Positions 1-7,400 of a stretch of DNA of 12,288 nucleotides are shown one piece after another (position 1 is the stretch's first letter; every line of letters starts with the position of its first letter). Position numbers and translations under genes: made by a program. Under the pieces are notes generated by a model. It ran no database searches and was not told the origin of the DNA. It worked only from the letters and a program-made list of their open reading frames with translations. The DNA is from an uncultured Acidimicrobiales bacterium (GTDB taxonomy: Bacteria; Actinomycetota; Acidimicrobiia; Acidimicrobiales; Poriferisodalaceae): assembly GCA_964629575.1 (NCBI GenBank), contig CAZVUM010000011.1, forward strand, positions 75,299 through 87,586. The letters run 5' to 3'.

Positions 1-43
1 CAGGGCCGAGGACCCAGCGCAGGCAGCGATTAGATTGCCTTGC

Positions 44-1057
44 ATGAAGGTTGATGGCGGAATTGGCGTTGACAGCGGTTTCGACGGGGTGATGGACAAG
101 TCCCGCGAACAAGAGGAGATGGGGTACGACGGGCTCTGGGTGCCCGAGACCAAGCACGACCCGTTCACGATCCTGCCGTTGATGGCGATCGCGACCGACC
201 GGGTCGAGATCGGGACCAACATCGTGGTCGGGTTCGCCCGCAACCCGATGACCCTGGCGACCAGCGCGAACGACATCCAGCTTCTGTCCGAGGGGCGATT
301 CATCCTCGGCCTCGGCAGCCAGATCAAGCCGCACATCACGAAGCGTTTCTCGATGGAGTGGTCGAAGCCGGCGGCGCGGATGCGGGAGATGATCCTGGCG
401 ATTCGGGCGATCTGGCGGACGTGGGAGACCGGCGAGAAGCTCGATTTCCGCGGCGACTTCTACACGCACACGCTGATGACGCACTTCTTCGATCCGGGAC
501 CCAACCCGTTCGGCAGCCCCAAGGTCGCGCTGGCCGGTGTCGGTCCGCTCATGACCGAGGTGGCGGGCGAGACCGCCGACGTGTTCCTGTGTCACGGGTT
601 CACGACGGAGAAGTACCTGCGCGAGGAGACCATCCCGGCGCTGGAGCGTGGCGCGGCGAAGGCCGGCCGTTCGATGGATGAGATCACGATCTCGGGTCCG
701 TCGTTCATCGCCACGGGCAACGACGAGAAGCAGCTCGAAGCGGCCAAGAGCGGTGTGAAGCAGCAGATTGCGTTCTACGGCAGCACCCCGGCGTACAAGC
801 CGGTGTTCGACTGTCACGGGTGGGGCGAGCTGCAGCCCGAGCTCAACGGCCTGTCGAAGCAGGGCAAGTGGGTGGAGATGGGGAACCTGATCGAGGACGA
901 GATCCTCGATGCGTTCTGTGTTGTCGCCGAGCCCGAGCGGGTCGCCAGCGAGCTGAAGCGTCGCTACGACGATGTGGTCGACCGGGTGAGCTTCTACGCG
1001 CCGTACAAGTCCGACGCCGAGCGGTGGCGCCCCGTGTTCGAGGAACTCAAGGCGTAG
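44..1057 (+). CDS. LLM-class (luciferase-like monooxygenase family) flavin/F420-dependent oxidoreductase
   Basis: The 340-aa ORF in this frame runs 35..1057; this call uses the first ATG at 44 (the ORF track begins 3 codons earlier at TTG). N-terminus MKVDGGIG...YDGLWVPETKHDPF, together with the TIM-barrel-like motif run (GRFILGLGSQIKPH, FYGSTPAYKP), is characteristic of the luciferase-like/F420-dependent oxidoreductase family. GC3 is high throughout this frame. Stop TAG at 1055-1057. Confidence 0.85.
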   Translation: MKVDGGIGVDSGFDGVMDKSREQEEMGYDGLWVPETKHDPFTILPLMAIATDRVEIGTNIVVGFARNPMTLATSANDIQLLSEGRFILGLGSQIKPHITKRFSMEWSKPAARMREMILAIRAIWRTWETGEKLDFRGDFYTHTLMTHFFDPGPNPFGSPKVALAGVGPLMTEVAGETADVFLCHGFTTEKYLREETIPALERGAAKAGRSMDEITISGPSFIATGNDEKQLEAAKSGVKQQIAFYGSTPAYKPVFDCHGWGELQPELNGLSKQGKWVEMGNLIEDEILDAFCVVAEPERVASELKRRYDDVVDRVSFYAPYKSDAERWRPVFEELKA

Positions 1058-1060
1058 CCG

Positions 1061-1975
1061 GTGCTGCGCGAGCCCCTTGAGATTCGGGAAGTGGGGCCCC
1101 GCGACGGGCTCCAGAACGAGGAGACCATTCCGGTCGATCAGCGCGTCGCGCTGATCGACGCGCTGTCGGGGACCGGTCTTCGGGCGATCGAGGCGGCGTC
1201 GTTCGTTCACCCGAAGGCCATCCCGCCGATGGCGGGATCGGGCGAGGTGATGGCGGCGATCGATCGTCACCCCGATGTGCGCTATCGGGTTCTCGTTCCC
1301 AACGAGCGCGGTGCGCACGACGCGCTGGCTGCTGGGGCTGACGAGATCGAAGTGGTGATGTCGATCTCGGAGACGCACAACCGCAAGAACATCAAGATGT
1401 CGCCCGAGGACAGCGTGGATCAGATCGTCGCTCTGACCGAGTTGGCCCACAGCGAGGGAACTCCGGTCGAGGCGATCCTGTCGACGGCGTTCGGTTGCGC
1501 CTATGAGGGCGATGTCGATCCGGCGCGGGTCGCCCATTTCACCCGACGGGTCATCGACGAGGCAGGGGTCGAGGGTGTGTCGTTCGGCGATACGAGCGGC
1601 ATGGCGTCACCGCGGGTGGTGAACGAGCTCCTCGATGCGCTCGAAGCGGCCGACGTCGACGTGAGCGAGATCGGGCTGCACTTTCACGACACTCGCAACC
1701 TCGGGCTGGCGAACATCTTGACCGGCGTCGAGCGGGGCGTCCGCAAGTTCGACGCATCGATCGCCGGACTCGGCGGGTGTCCCTACTCCCCCGGCGCGAC
1801 GGGAAATGTCGCGACCGAGGATGTGGTGCACATGCTCGAAGATCTCGGGTACGACACGGGCGTCGACCTGGAGTCGCTGATGTCGGCGGGCCGCCTCGCC
1901 GAAGAACTCGTGGGACGACAGCTGCCCTCTGCGGTTCTTCGAGCCGGCCCCCGAACCCGCACCGTCCCGGCCTGA
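1061..1975 (+). CDS. Hydroxymethylglutaryl-CoA lyase family enzyme (HMGL-like DRE-TIM aldolase/lyase)
   Basis: N-terminal IREVGPRDGLQNE is the hallmark HMGL-like motif. There are two later HxH-type metal-ligand regions (GLHFHDTRNLGLAN; DASIAGLGGCPYSPGATGN). The GTG start at 1061 lies 3 nt after the LLM stop, which is a coupled arrangement. Stop TGA at 1973-1975. ATG/GTG choice is uncertain by a few codons. Confidence 0.85.
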   Translation: MLREPLEIREVGPRDGLQNEETIPVDQRVALIDALSGTGLRAIEAASFVHPKAIPPMAGSGEVMAAIDRHPDVRYRVLVPNERGAHDALAAGADEIEVVMSISETHNRKNIKMSPEDSVDQIVALTELAHSEGTPVEAILSTAFGCAYEGDVDPARVAHFTRRVIDEAGVEGVSFGDTSGMASPRVVNELLDALEAADVDVSEIGLHFHDTRNLGLANILTGVERGVRKFDASIAGLGGCPYSPGATGNVATEDVVHMLEDLGYDTGVDLESLMSAGRLAEELVGRQLPSAVLRAGPRTRTVPA

Positions 1976-1981
1976 CCCCAA

Positions 1982-2025
1982 CTGCCAGCTCACAGGGACA
2001 CCGCATTCGCCCTACAAGCTGGCAG
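1982..2025. promoter_or_regulatory. Perfect 9-bp inverted repeat CTGCCAGCT-N26-AGCTGGCAG in the HMGL/membrane-protein intergenic region. Candidate T-tract-less terminator hairpin or regulator binding site.
   Basis: Read directly: ctgccagct at 1982-1990 and its exact reverse complement agctggcag at 2017-2025. It sits 7 nt after the HMGL stop and about 70 nt upstream of the next predicted start. No U-tract follows. Confidence 0.35.
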
Positions 2026-2097
2026 AACGGAAATCCCCGGGTTGGGGGCAACGGCTCGGTACCGTCAGCCTCGGGCTGAGCTGGGGTGGAGGTCTTC

Positions 2098-2910
2098 GTG
2101 GACACCACTCTGGTCACAACGGACGCATCGTTTCCTGCGAAGCGGCGCTTCGACATCGACGAACCGGCGGCGGCTCGCCGCGTCGCGCACGCGTGGCCGT
2201 GGGCTCTCGTCGGTGTCATCGCGATTCCGACGGCCTGGGTCGACCTCTACGTCGTCGCCCGCACGATCGACCGAACGTGGATGTGGGCCCTGGCCATCGC
2301 CGGGCAGTCCCTGGCCGTGTTCCTGGCGACGGCCTCGGTTCGCAGAGCGGCTGCGGGACGACTCTTCGAATCGAAAGCGGCCAACCGGAGAGCAGGGCAT
2401 TTCCTCGGTGCGCTCCTTCTACTGCCTTACACAGTGTTCGCCGAGCAGCACCGAACCGCCCGCCTGGCCGCCCGTCGCGCCGACGGGTCGCCATGGGCAC
2501 TCGACGGAACCGGCATGACCGGTCTCGCCATCGACGCCACGGCTCGCCGGGGCGGCGGGTATGAAGCGTGGCGAGAGTCCTTCAGGATCCTGGCCGGCGA
2601 GACTCACGCCGAGACCCACTCCCCACAACAGATCCGTTCGGCCCTCGTGAGCGTCGTCTCGTGCGTGTGGATGCTGACCGTCGCGATCGTTGGGTTTCGC
2701 TTCTCCACTCAGGCGTGGGCGGCCGCCTGGCTGCTCCCCCTCGCGATCGGGACGACAACCGCCTTCGTCGTCGGACGCATCGGCAGGCCGAACCGCATCG
2801 CCGTGGATCGCCGGGCTGTCGCGTTCGAGGTCGTCGGACCCGGGCCCCTCCCCGAGATTCAGCCGATCAGCCCCCGCTCGCGCAGCTGGGCGATCTCGGC
2901 CGGCTCGTAG
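2098..2910 (+). CDS. Hypothetical integral membrane protein (about 5 predicted TM segments), no recognisable family
   Basis: The ORF is open over 2086..2910. I place the start at GTG 2098 because GGAGG at 2088-2092 lies 5 nt upstream. Hydrophobic stretches (WPWALVGVIAIPTAWVDLYVVA, WMWALAIAGQSLAVFLATA, FLGALLLLPYTVFA, ALVSVVSCVWMLTVAIVGF, AAAWLLPLAIGTTTAFVVG) and high GC3 in this frame support coding. The 3' end overlaps the convergent CoA-transferase by about 52 nt. Confidence 0.4.
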   Translation: MDTTLVTTDASFPAKRRFDIDEPAAARRVAHAWPWALVGVIAIPTAWVDLYVVARTIDRTWMWALAIAGQSLAVFLATASVRRAAAGRLFESKAANRRAGHFLGALLLLPYTVFAEQHRTARLAARRADGSPWALDGTGMTGLAIDATARRGGGYEAWRESFRILAGETHAETHSPQQIRSALVSVVSCVWMLTVAIVGFRFSTQAWAAAWLLPLAIGTTTAFVVGRIGRPNRIAVDRRAVAFEVVGPGPLPEIQPISPRSRSWAISAGS

Positions 2911-4058
2911 CCACCCACCTCCGCCAACACGCTGTCGGTGTGCTCACCCAGTCTGGGACCGAGTGTCTGGATCTCGCCCGCCGTCCGTGAGAAGTGTGGA
3001 ACCGGAGCCGCCATCGGCACCTCGGCGGCGAGAACCTCGTCGTCGAAGCGTCGAATCATGTCCCGCGCCGCGAACTGTGGGTCGCCGAGCATGTCGGGAG
3101 CGGTGAAGATCCGCCCGTAGGGCACAGCGTGCTCGTCGAGCAGTGCCTCGAGCTCCACGACGGCCAGGCTCGACGTCCACCCCTCGATGAGCTCGTCGAG
3201 TTCGGTCTGATTTGCACCCCTGGCCTCGTGCCGGGCGTACCGGGGGTCCGTCGCCAACTCTGGCCGCCCCATCGCCGAACAGAGTCGTTCGAAGATCGCA
3301 TCGGCGTTGCCCGCGATGAGCACATCGGCGCCGTCGGCGGTCGCATAGACATTGGACGGCGCAACTCCCGGGAGCACCGACCCCGACCGCCCCCGCACGT
3401 GCCCGGCCAGCTCGTAGTCCACGACCGTGGATTCCATGAGGGCGAACACCGCCTCGTAGATGGCCACGTCGACCTCCTGCCCGCGGCCGGACACGTGACG
3501 CTCGTTGAGCGCGGCCATCGTCCCGACGACGGCGAAGAGGGACGCGATCGCATCACCGAGGCTGATGCCGGCCCGCGTGGACTGTCGGTCAGGCCAGCCG
3601 GTCGTGTGCCGGATGCCGCCCATTGCCTCACCGATCGACCCGAATCCCGGATCGGTCGCCCGCGGCCCTGTCTGGCCGAACCCCGACACGTGCGTCATCA
3701 CGAGACCCGGGTTGTCTGCGCTGAGGTCGTCGTAGCCGAGACCCCATGCCGCCAGACGCCCTGGTGTGAAGTTCTCCAGCACGACGTCGGATTGGCTCGC
3801 CAGGCGCCGAACGATGGCGCGGCCGTCGTCGGTTCGAAGATCGATGGTGATCGACTTCTTGTTGCGGGCGATGGCGGGCCACCAGTAGCTGTGGCCGGCC
3901 GCGTCGCACGTGCCCCACTTGCGCATCGGATCGCCCAGCCGTGGCGGCTCCACCTTGATCACCTCGGCCCCGTAGTCGCCGAGCAGCTGTCCGGCGAAGG
4001 GCCCAGCGATGAAACTTCCGAGCTCGAGAACGCGGACCCCTGCGAGAGGACCCGCCAC
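2859..4058 (-). CDS. CoA-transferase family III (CaiB/BaiF/Frc-type) acyl-CoA:acid CoA-transferase
   Basis: GVRVLELGSFIAGPFAGQLLGDYGAEVIKVEPP is the classic family-III N-terminal motif. The C-terminal end ...AEIAQLRERGLIG is typical of the family. The ORF tool extends it to 4193. I place the start at GTG 4058..4056 because the upstream gene's TGA (4062..4060) is followed 1 nt later by this GTG (TGAcGTG), and that start gives the canonical N-terminus VAGPLAGVRVLELG. Confidence 0.85.
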   Translation of the reverse strand: MAGPLAGVRVLELGSFIAGPFAGQLLGDYGAEVIKVEPPRLGDPMRKWGTCDAAGHSYWWPAIARNKKSITIDLRTDDGRAIVRRLASQSDVVLENFTPGRLAAWGLGYDDLSADNPGLVMTHVSGFGQTGPRATDPGFGSIGEAMGGIRHTTGWPDRQSTRAGISLGDAIASLFAVVGTMAALNERHVSGRGQEVDVAIYEAVFALMESTVVDYELAGHVRGRSGSVLPGVAPSNVYATADGADVLIAGNADAIFERLCSAMGRPELATDPRYARHEARGANQTELDELIEGWTSSLAVVELEALLDEHAVPYGRIFTAPDMLGDPQFAARDMIRRFDDEVLAAEVPMAAPVPHFSRTAGEIQTLGPRLGEHTDSVLAEVGGYEPAEIAQLRERGLIG

Positions 4059-4059
4059 G

Positions 4060-4437
4060 TCAGGCGGTCGAACCGAGCGGCGCGCAGTCCGAACCACAGT
4101 CCGCGGCCGACCCCTCGGGTGCAGGTGCGGGGCGGTGGAGGACACCCGACGTCGGGGTGACGACGAGCTCGTCGCCGTCCACGGCGCACTCACCGTCGAC
4201 GATCATCGAGTACCCGCCCTCCTCATGGGGCGGCCACAACACCGACATGGTCGGCCGATCAGCGACATTGCGGGCCGCAGTCCGGCTCGCGCCACACCGA
4301 AGGGCGCCGTCCTGCAGGGTGAAGGTCACGTGCGCAACGTGCGGGGTCGAATCGTCGCGCACCGTGAGGACATAGGCCGAGGCGCCGAATCGTTCGAGCT
4401 CCGCGGCCAGCTGGCTGACATCGACAGGAATGCTCAT
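4060..4437 (-). CDS. Small PNPOx-like (pyridoxamine 5'-phosphate oxidase family) FMN/F420-binding split-barrel protein
   Basis: The 125-aa ORF has an ATG start. The sequence AYVLTVRDDSTPHVAHVTFTL...TMSVLWPP...GYSMIVDGEC has the flavour of PNPOx/general-stress split-barrel proteins. It is translationally coupled to the downstream CoA-transferase. The family assignment is from memory of the motifs, not from a search. Confidence 0.55.
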   Translation of the reverse strand: MSIPVDVSQLAAELERFGASAYVLTVRDDSTPHVAHVTFTLQDGALRCGASRTAARNVADRPTMSVLWPPHEEGGYSMIVDGECAVDGDELVVTPTSGVLHRPAPAPEGSAADCGSDCAPLGSTA

Positions 4438-4488
4438 ACGCCGAGCCTACTGGCGGGCTCCCACTCCGCTGCCGCCCGGTGGAGGCGG

Positions 4489-7400
4489 TCAGTCCATGCG
4501 CCGCAACAGGCTCTCCAGCGCGCCCTGCAGGGTCGAGTCGAGCTGGCCCAGTGCGCTGGCGACCGGATCGGGTCCGTCGGGCTCCCGACGAGCTGCGAAC
4601 GCTGCAACGATCTGATCCCATCTCGCCCGTTCGTCCTCGGTGAGCACACCGCGGAGTTGGCGTAGCTTCAGCGTGTTCTCCTCCGCACCCGCGGCGAGGG
4701 TCTGCGCCTCGCCGATGTAGTGGTCGTCGAGAAGGTCCTCCACCTCCTCGGAGGACATGACGGGGACGACCTTCTCGGCAAGGCGGTTCATGTTGCGGTA
4801 CGAGCCCTGCAGCCGGAACGGCGGCTCGGTGCGATAGTCGTCGGCCGTCGCGGCAGACGCGATGTACTGCAGGTTGACGGCGAGCACCGCTTCCTGAATT
4901 CGCAGCAGATGGCCGACCACACGGGTGATCTGATCGATCTCGACGGCGGAGTACGGGTGCGACAACTCCTCCGGAGACACGGGCTCGCCTCGCGCCAGAT
5001 CGACGAAACGCAGCAGGTCGCCGGGATCCCGACCGGCGAGCGGCGCGAGCACCGCGTTGGAGGTGAGCGCGTTCTGGAGATAGCTGAGAGCGAACTGCTC
5101 CTCCCGACCGCTGAGCACGTCGCCGAGATTCCACGTGTCGGCCCTGTTGGCCAACATGTCGGGGATCTGGAAGCTCTCGCCCGACTCGGTGTAGGGGTTT
5201 GCGGCCATCACCACGGCGAATCGCTTACCGCGTAGGTCGTAGGTGCGCGTGCGGCCGTTCCAGACGCCCTCGACTCTCCGCTGCCCGTCGGACAGGGAGA
5301 TGAACTTCTGCAGAAGCTCGGGGTTCGTGTGCTGGATGTCGTCGAGATAGAGCAGAACGTTGTTGCCCATCTCGAAGGCGAAGTTGATGCGCTCCACTTC
5401 CTGCCGCGCCGTTGCATCGGGGGCCTCGGCCGGATCGAGGGAGGTGACCTCAGTGCCGAGTGCCGGGCCGTTGACCTTCACGAACACGAGACCCAACCGA
5501 TCGGCCACGTACTCCATCAGCGTCGTCTTGCCGTACCCGGGCGGCGAGATCAGAAGCAGCACGCCGGACTGATCGACCCGACTCCCGCCGACGGTCCCGA
5601 GTTGCTTGGCCAGGTTGTCGCCGATCAACGGGAGGTAGACCTCGTCGATGAGCCGGTTGCGCACGAATCCGCTCATTACGTTGGGAACGAACTCCTCGAG
5701 CCGCAACCGCTCACGCTCTCGGGTGAGCAGCCCATGCCGGGCAGCCTGATAGGCCGCAAAGCCCGGCTGCACCTCGGCGGCGTGGGTGTGGACCCGATCG
5801 AGCAAGTCGTCGAGGCGGGTCACCAGCCGACCCTCGACGATGCGGTCGTGGTCCGACAGCAGGCCTTCGACCGTGATCGCGAGGTCGATCTCGACAGGGC
5901 GACGTTCGACGTCTGCGACGATCGAGGCGGCGATCTCGGGTGCCTCGTCTGGCAGGAAGCCCTCCGCCGAGAGCCAGCCGCGGACCCACCCATCCACCAC
6001 CCGGTACCACCCGGCCTCGTCGTCGCCCAGGCTGCGCTGGGCGTCGAGGAACACGGATTCGTTACCGCTCGCGCTCAGCCAGTTGCGGAACGCGTGCAGG
6101 TGTTCGACCGAGGTGGTGCTGGTGGCGAAGGTGGGGACCTCCTCGGCGACCTCCATCGCGAGGTACCCGGCGACGCGGTCCGGATCGACGGCGAGGTCCC
6201 ACCCAGCGCAGAACTCGGCGACCGATGCGACCAACGTCGTCGAGAGTGCGTCGAATCCGCCGTCCTCCCGGAGCGACTCCCGCAGGGCAGCGGCCGCTCG
6301 GGCGGTCGCGTGGATACGACGTCGCTCCGCCTCGCTGAGCCCGTGCGCCCAAAACAGCTGGGCGGCCGATCGGACCGCTGCGAGGACCCGCAACAGGCCC
6401 GCATCGGAGAAGGTCCGAACCGCGGCCGCCAAGATCAGCGCCGCATCGGCATCGTGCACTCCGCGTTCGTACCCCTCCGCAAAACGGGTCTCGATCGCAG
6501 CGCGCACGACATCCACCAGGCGGTCGGTGGCCGCCGCCGAGAGATCGGCGAGCGAACCATCGGATTCGGCCCCGAGCAGAATGGTGCCGGCCAGATACTC
6601 GGCGCGGGAGAGATCCGGGGACTCCGAGCTGACCCGCATGTTCCAGTACGGCCGCGTCTTCTCGAACTCCGGATCCACGACCGGCTCGCGGTAGTCGGTG
6701 CCCACCAGGAGGAGATCTACCCCGTCACCAGAGGGCACGAGCGACGCCTCCAGTGCCTGGCTGTTGACGCTGAAGCGGTGGGCCCCGAATCGGATGACAT
6801 CGCCACCGTCCTCGAAGATGTCGAGCTGATCCCGCAACCCTCGCTGTGCCTGCTCACCTGCGGCGGACAAACGAAGCAGGATCTCATCGGCCCGCACGAC
6901 CTCGCCGAGCTCCCGCAGTTCGGCGACGATCGAGCGCAGCCGTTCGATCATGGGGTCGCCGGCGAAGAACGCAGCCACCTCGGTGGGCTCGGAGAACGAC
7001 GCCGCCCGCCGGGTCACCGTGGCGAGCACCCGGGTCGCAGCGTCATCGAGGCGTTCGGCAGTGCGAAGCCGACCGTCCACGAGCGCCTGCTTACGAGCCG
7101 CGAAAGCGTCGTAGACGTCGTCGCGCTTGTCGTGGATCTGCGAGGCAAACTCAGCGACGGCGCCGAATCGGCCCTCGAGGTTCTCCAGAGCCACCAGCAT
7201 GCGACCGAGCTGCTCGTCGGCGGCTTCGGGAGACGCGGATTGGGCGAGTGCGCCGGCGACGCTCTGGGTCACCAGGCTGAACTCTGCGCCGAACTCCGCC
7301 CGACCCTCATGCTCGGCGAGCTCCGTGCGGCGTCGCTCCAGCAGGGCCCGCACCCGATTGGCGACGCCAACCACCTCACCGATTCGGCCGAGGATGCTGG

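Noticed and set aside
358-681. 107-aa plus-strand ORF inside the LLM gene
   Set aside because: It is an alternative frame within a gene that has strong family motifs.
1551-2219. 222-aa minus-strand ORF, very Arg-rich
   Set aside because: It overlaps the 3' half of the HMGL gene on the opposite strand. Its composition (R/P/C/T-rich) indicates a non-coding frame.
2994-4160. 388-aa plus-strand ORF
   Set aside because: It is antisense to the family-III CoA-transferase, whose motifs are clear on the minus strand.
4438-4488. Possible terminator hairpin (ccgcc...ggcgg) in the 50-bp gap after the giant gene
   Set aside because: The stem is only about 5 bp with a 10-nt loop and there is no U-tract. 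I cannot distinguish it from chance in 70% GC DNA. The downstream PNPOx-like gene may simply be co-transcribed or have its own promoter.
4259-5134. 291-aa minus-strand ORF in an alternative frame
   Set aside because: It is out of frame with both the giant gene's 3' end and the PNPOx-like gene and is Arg/Gly-rich. This is a frame artefact.
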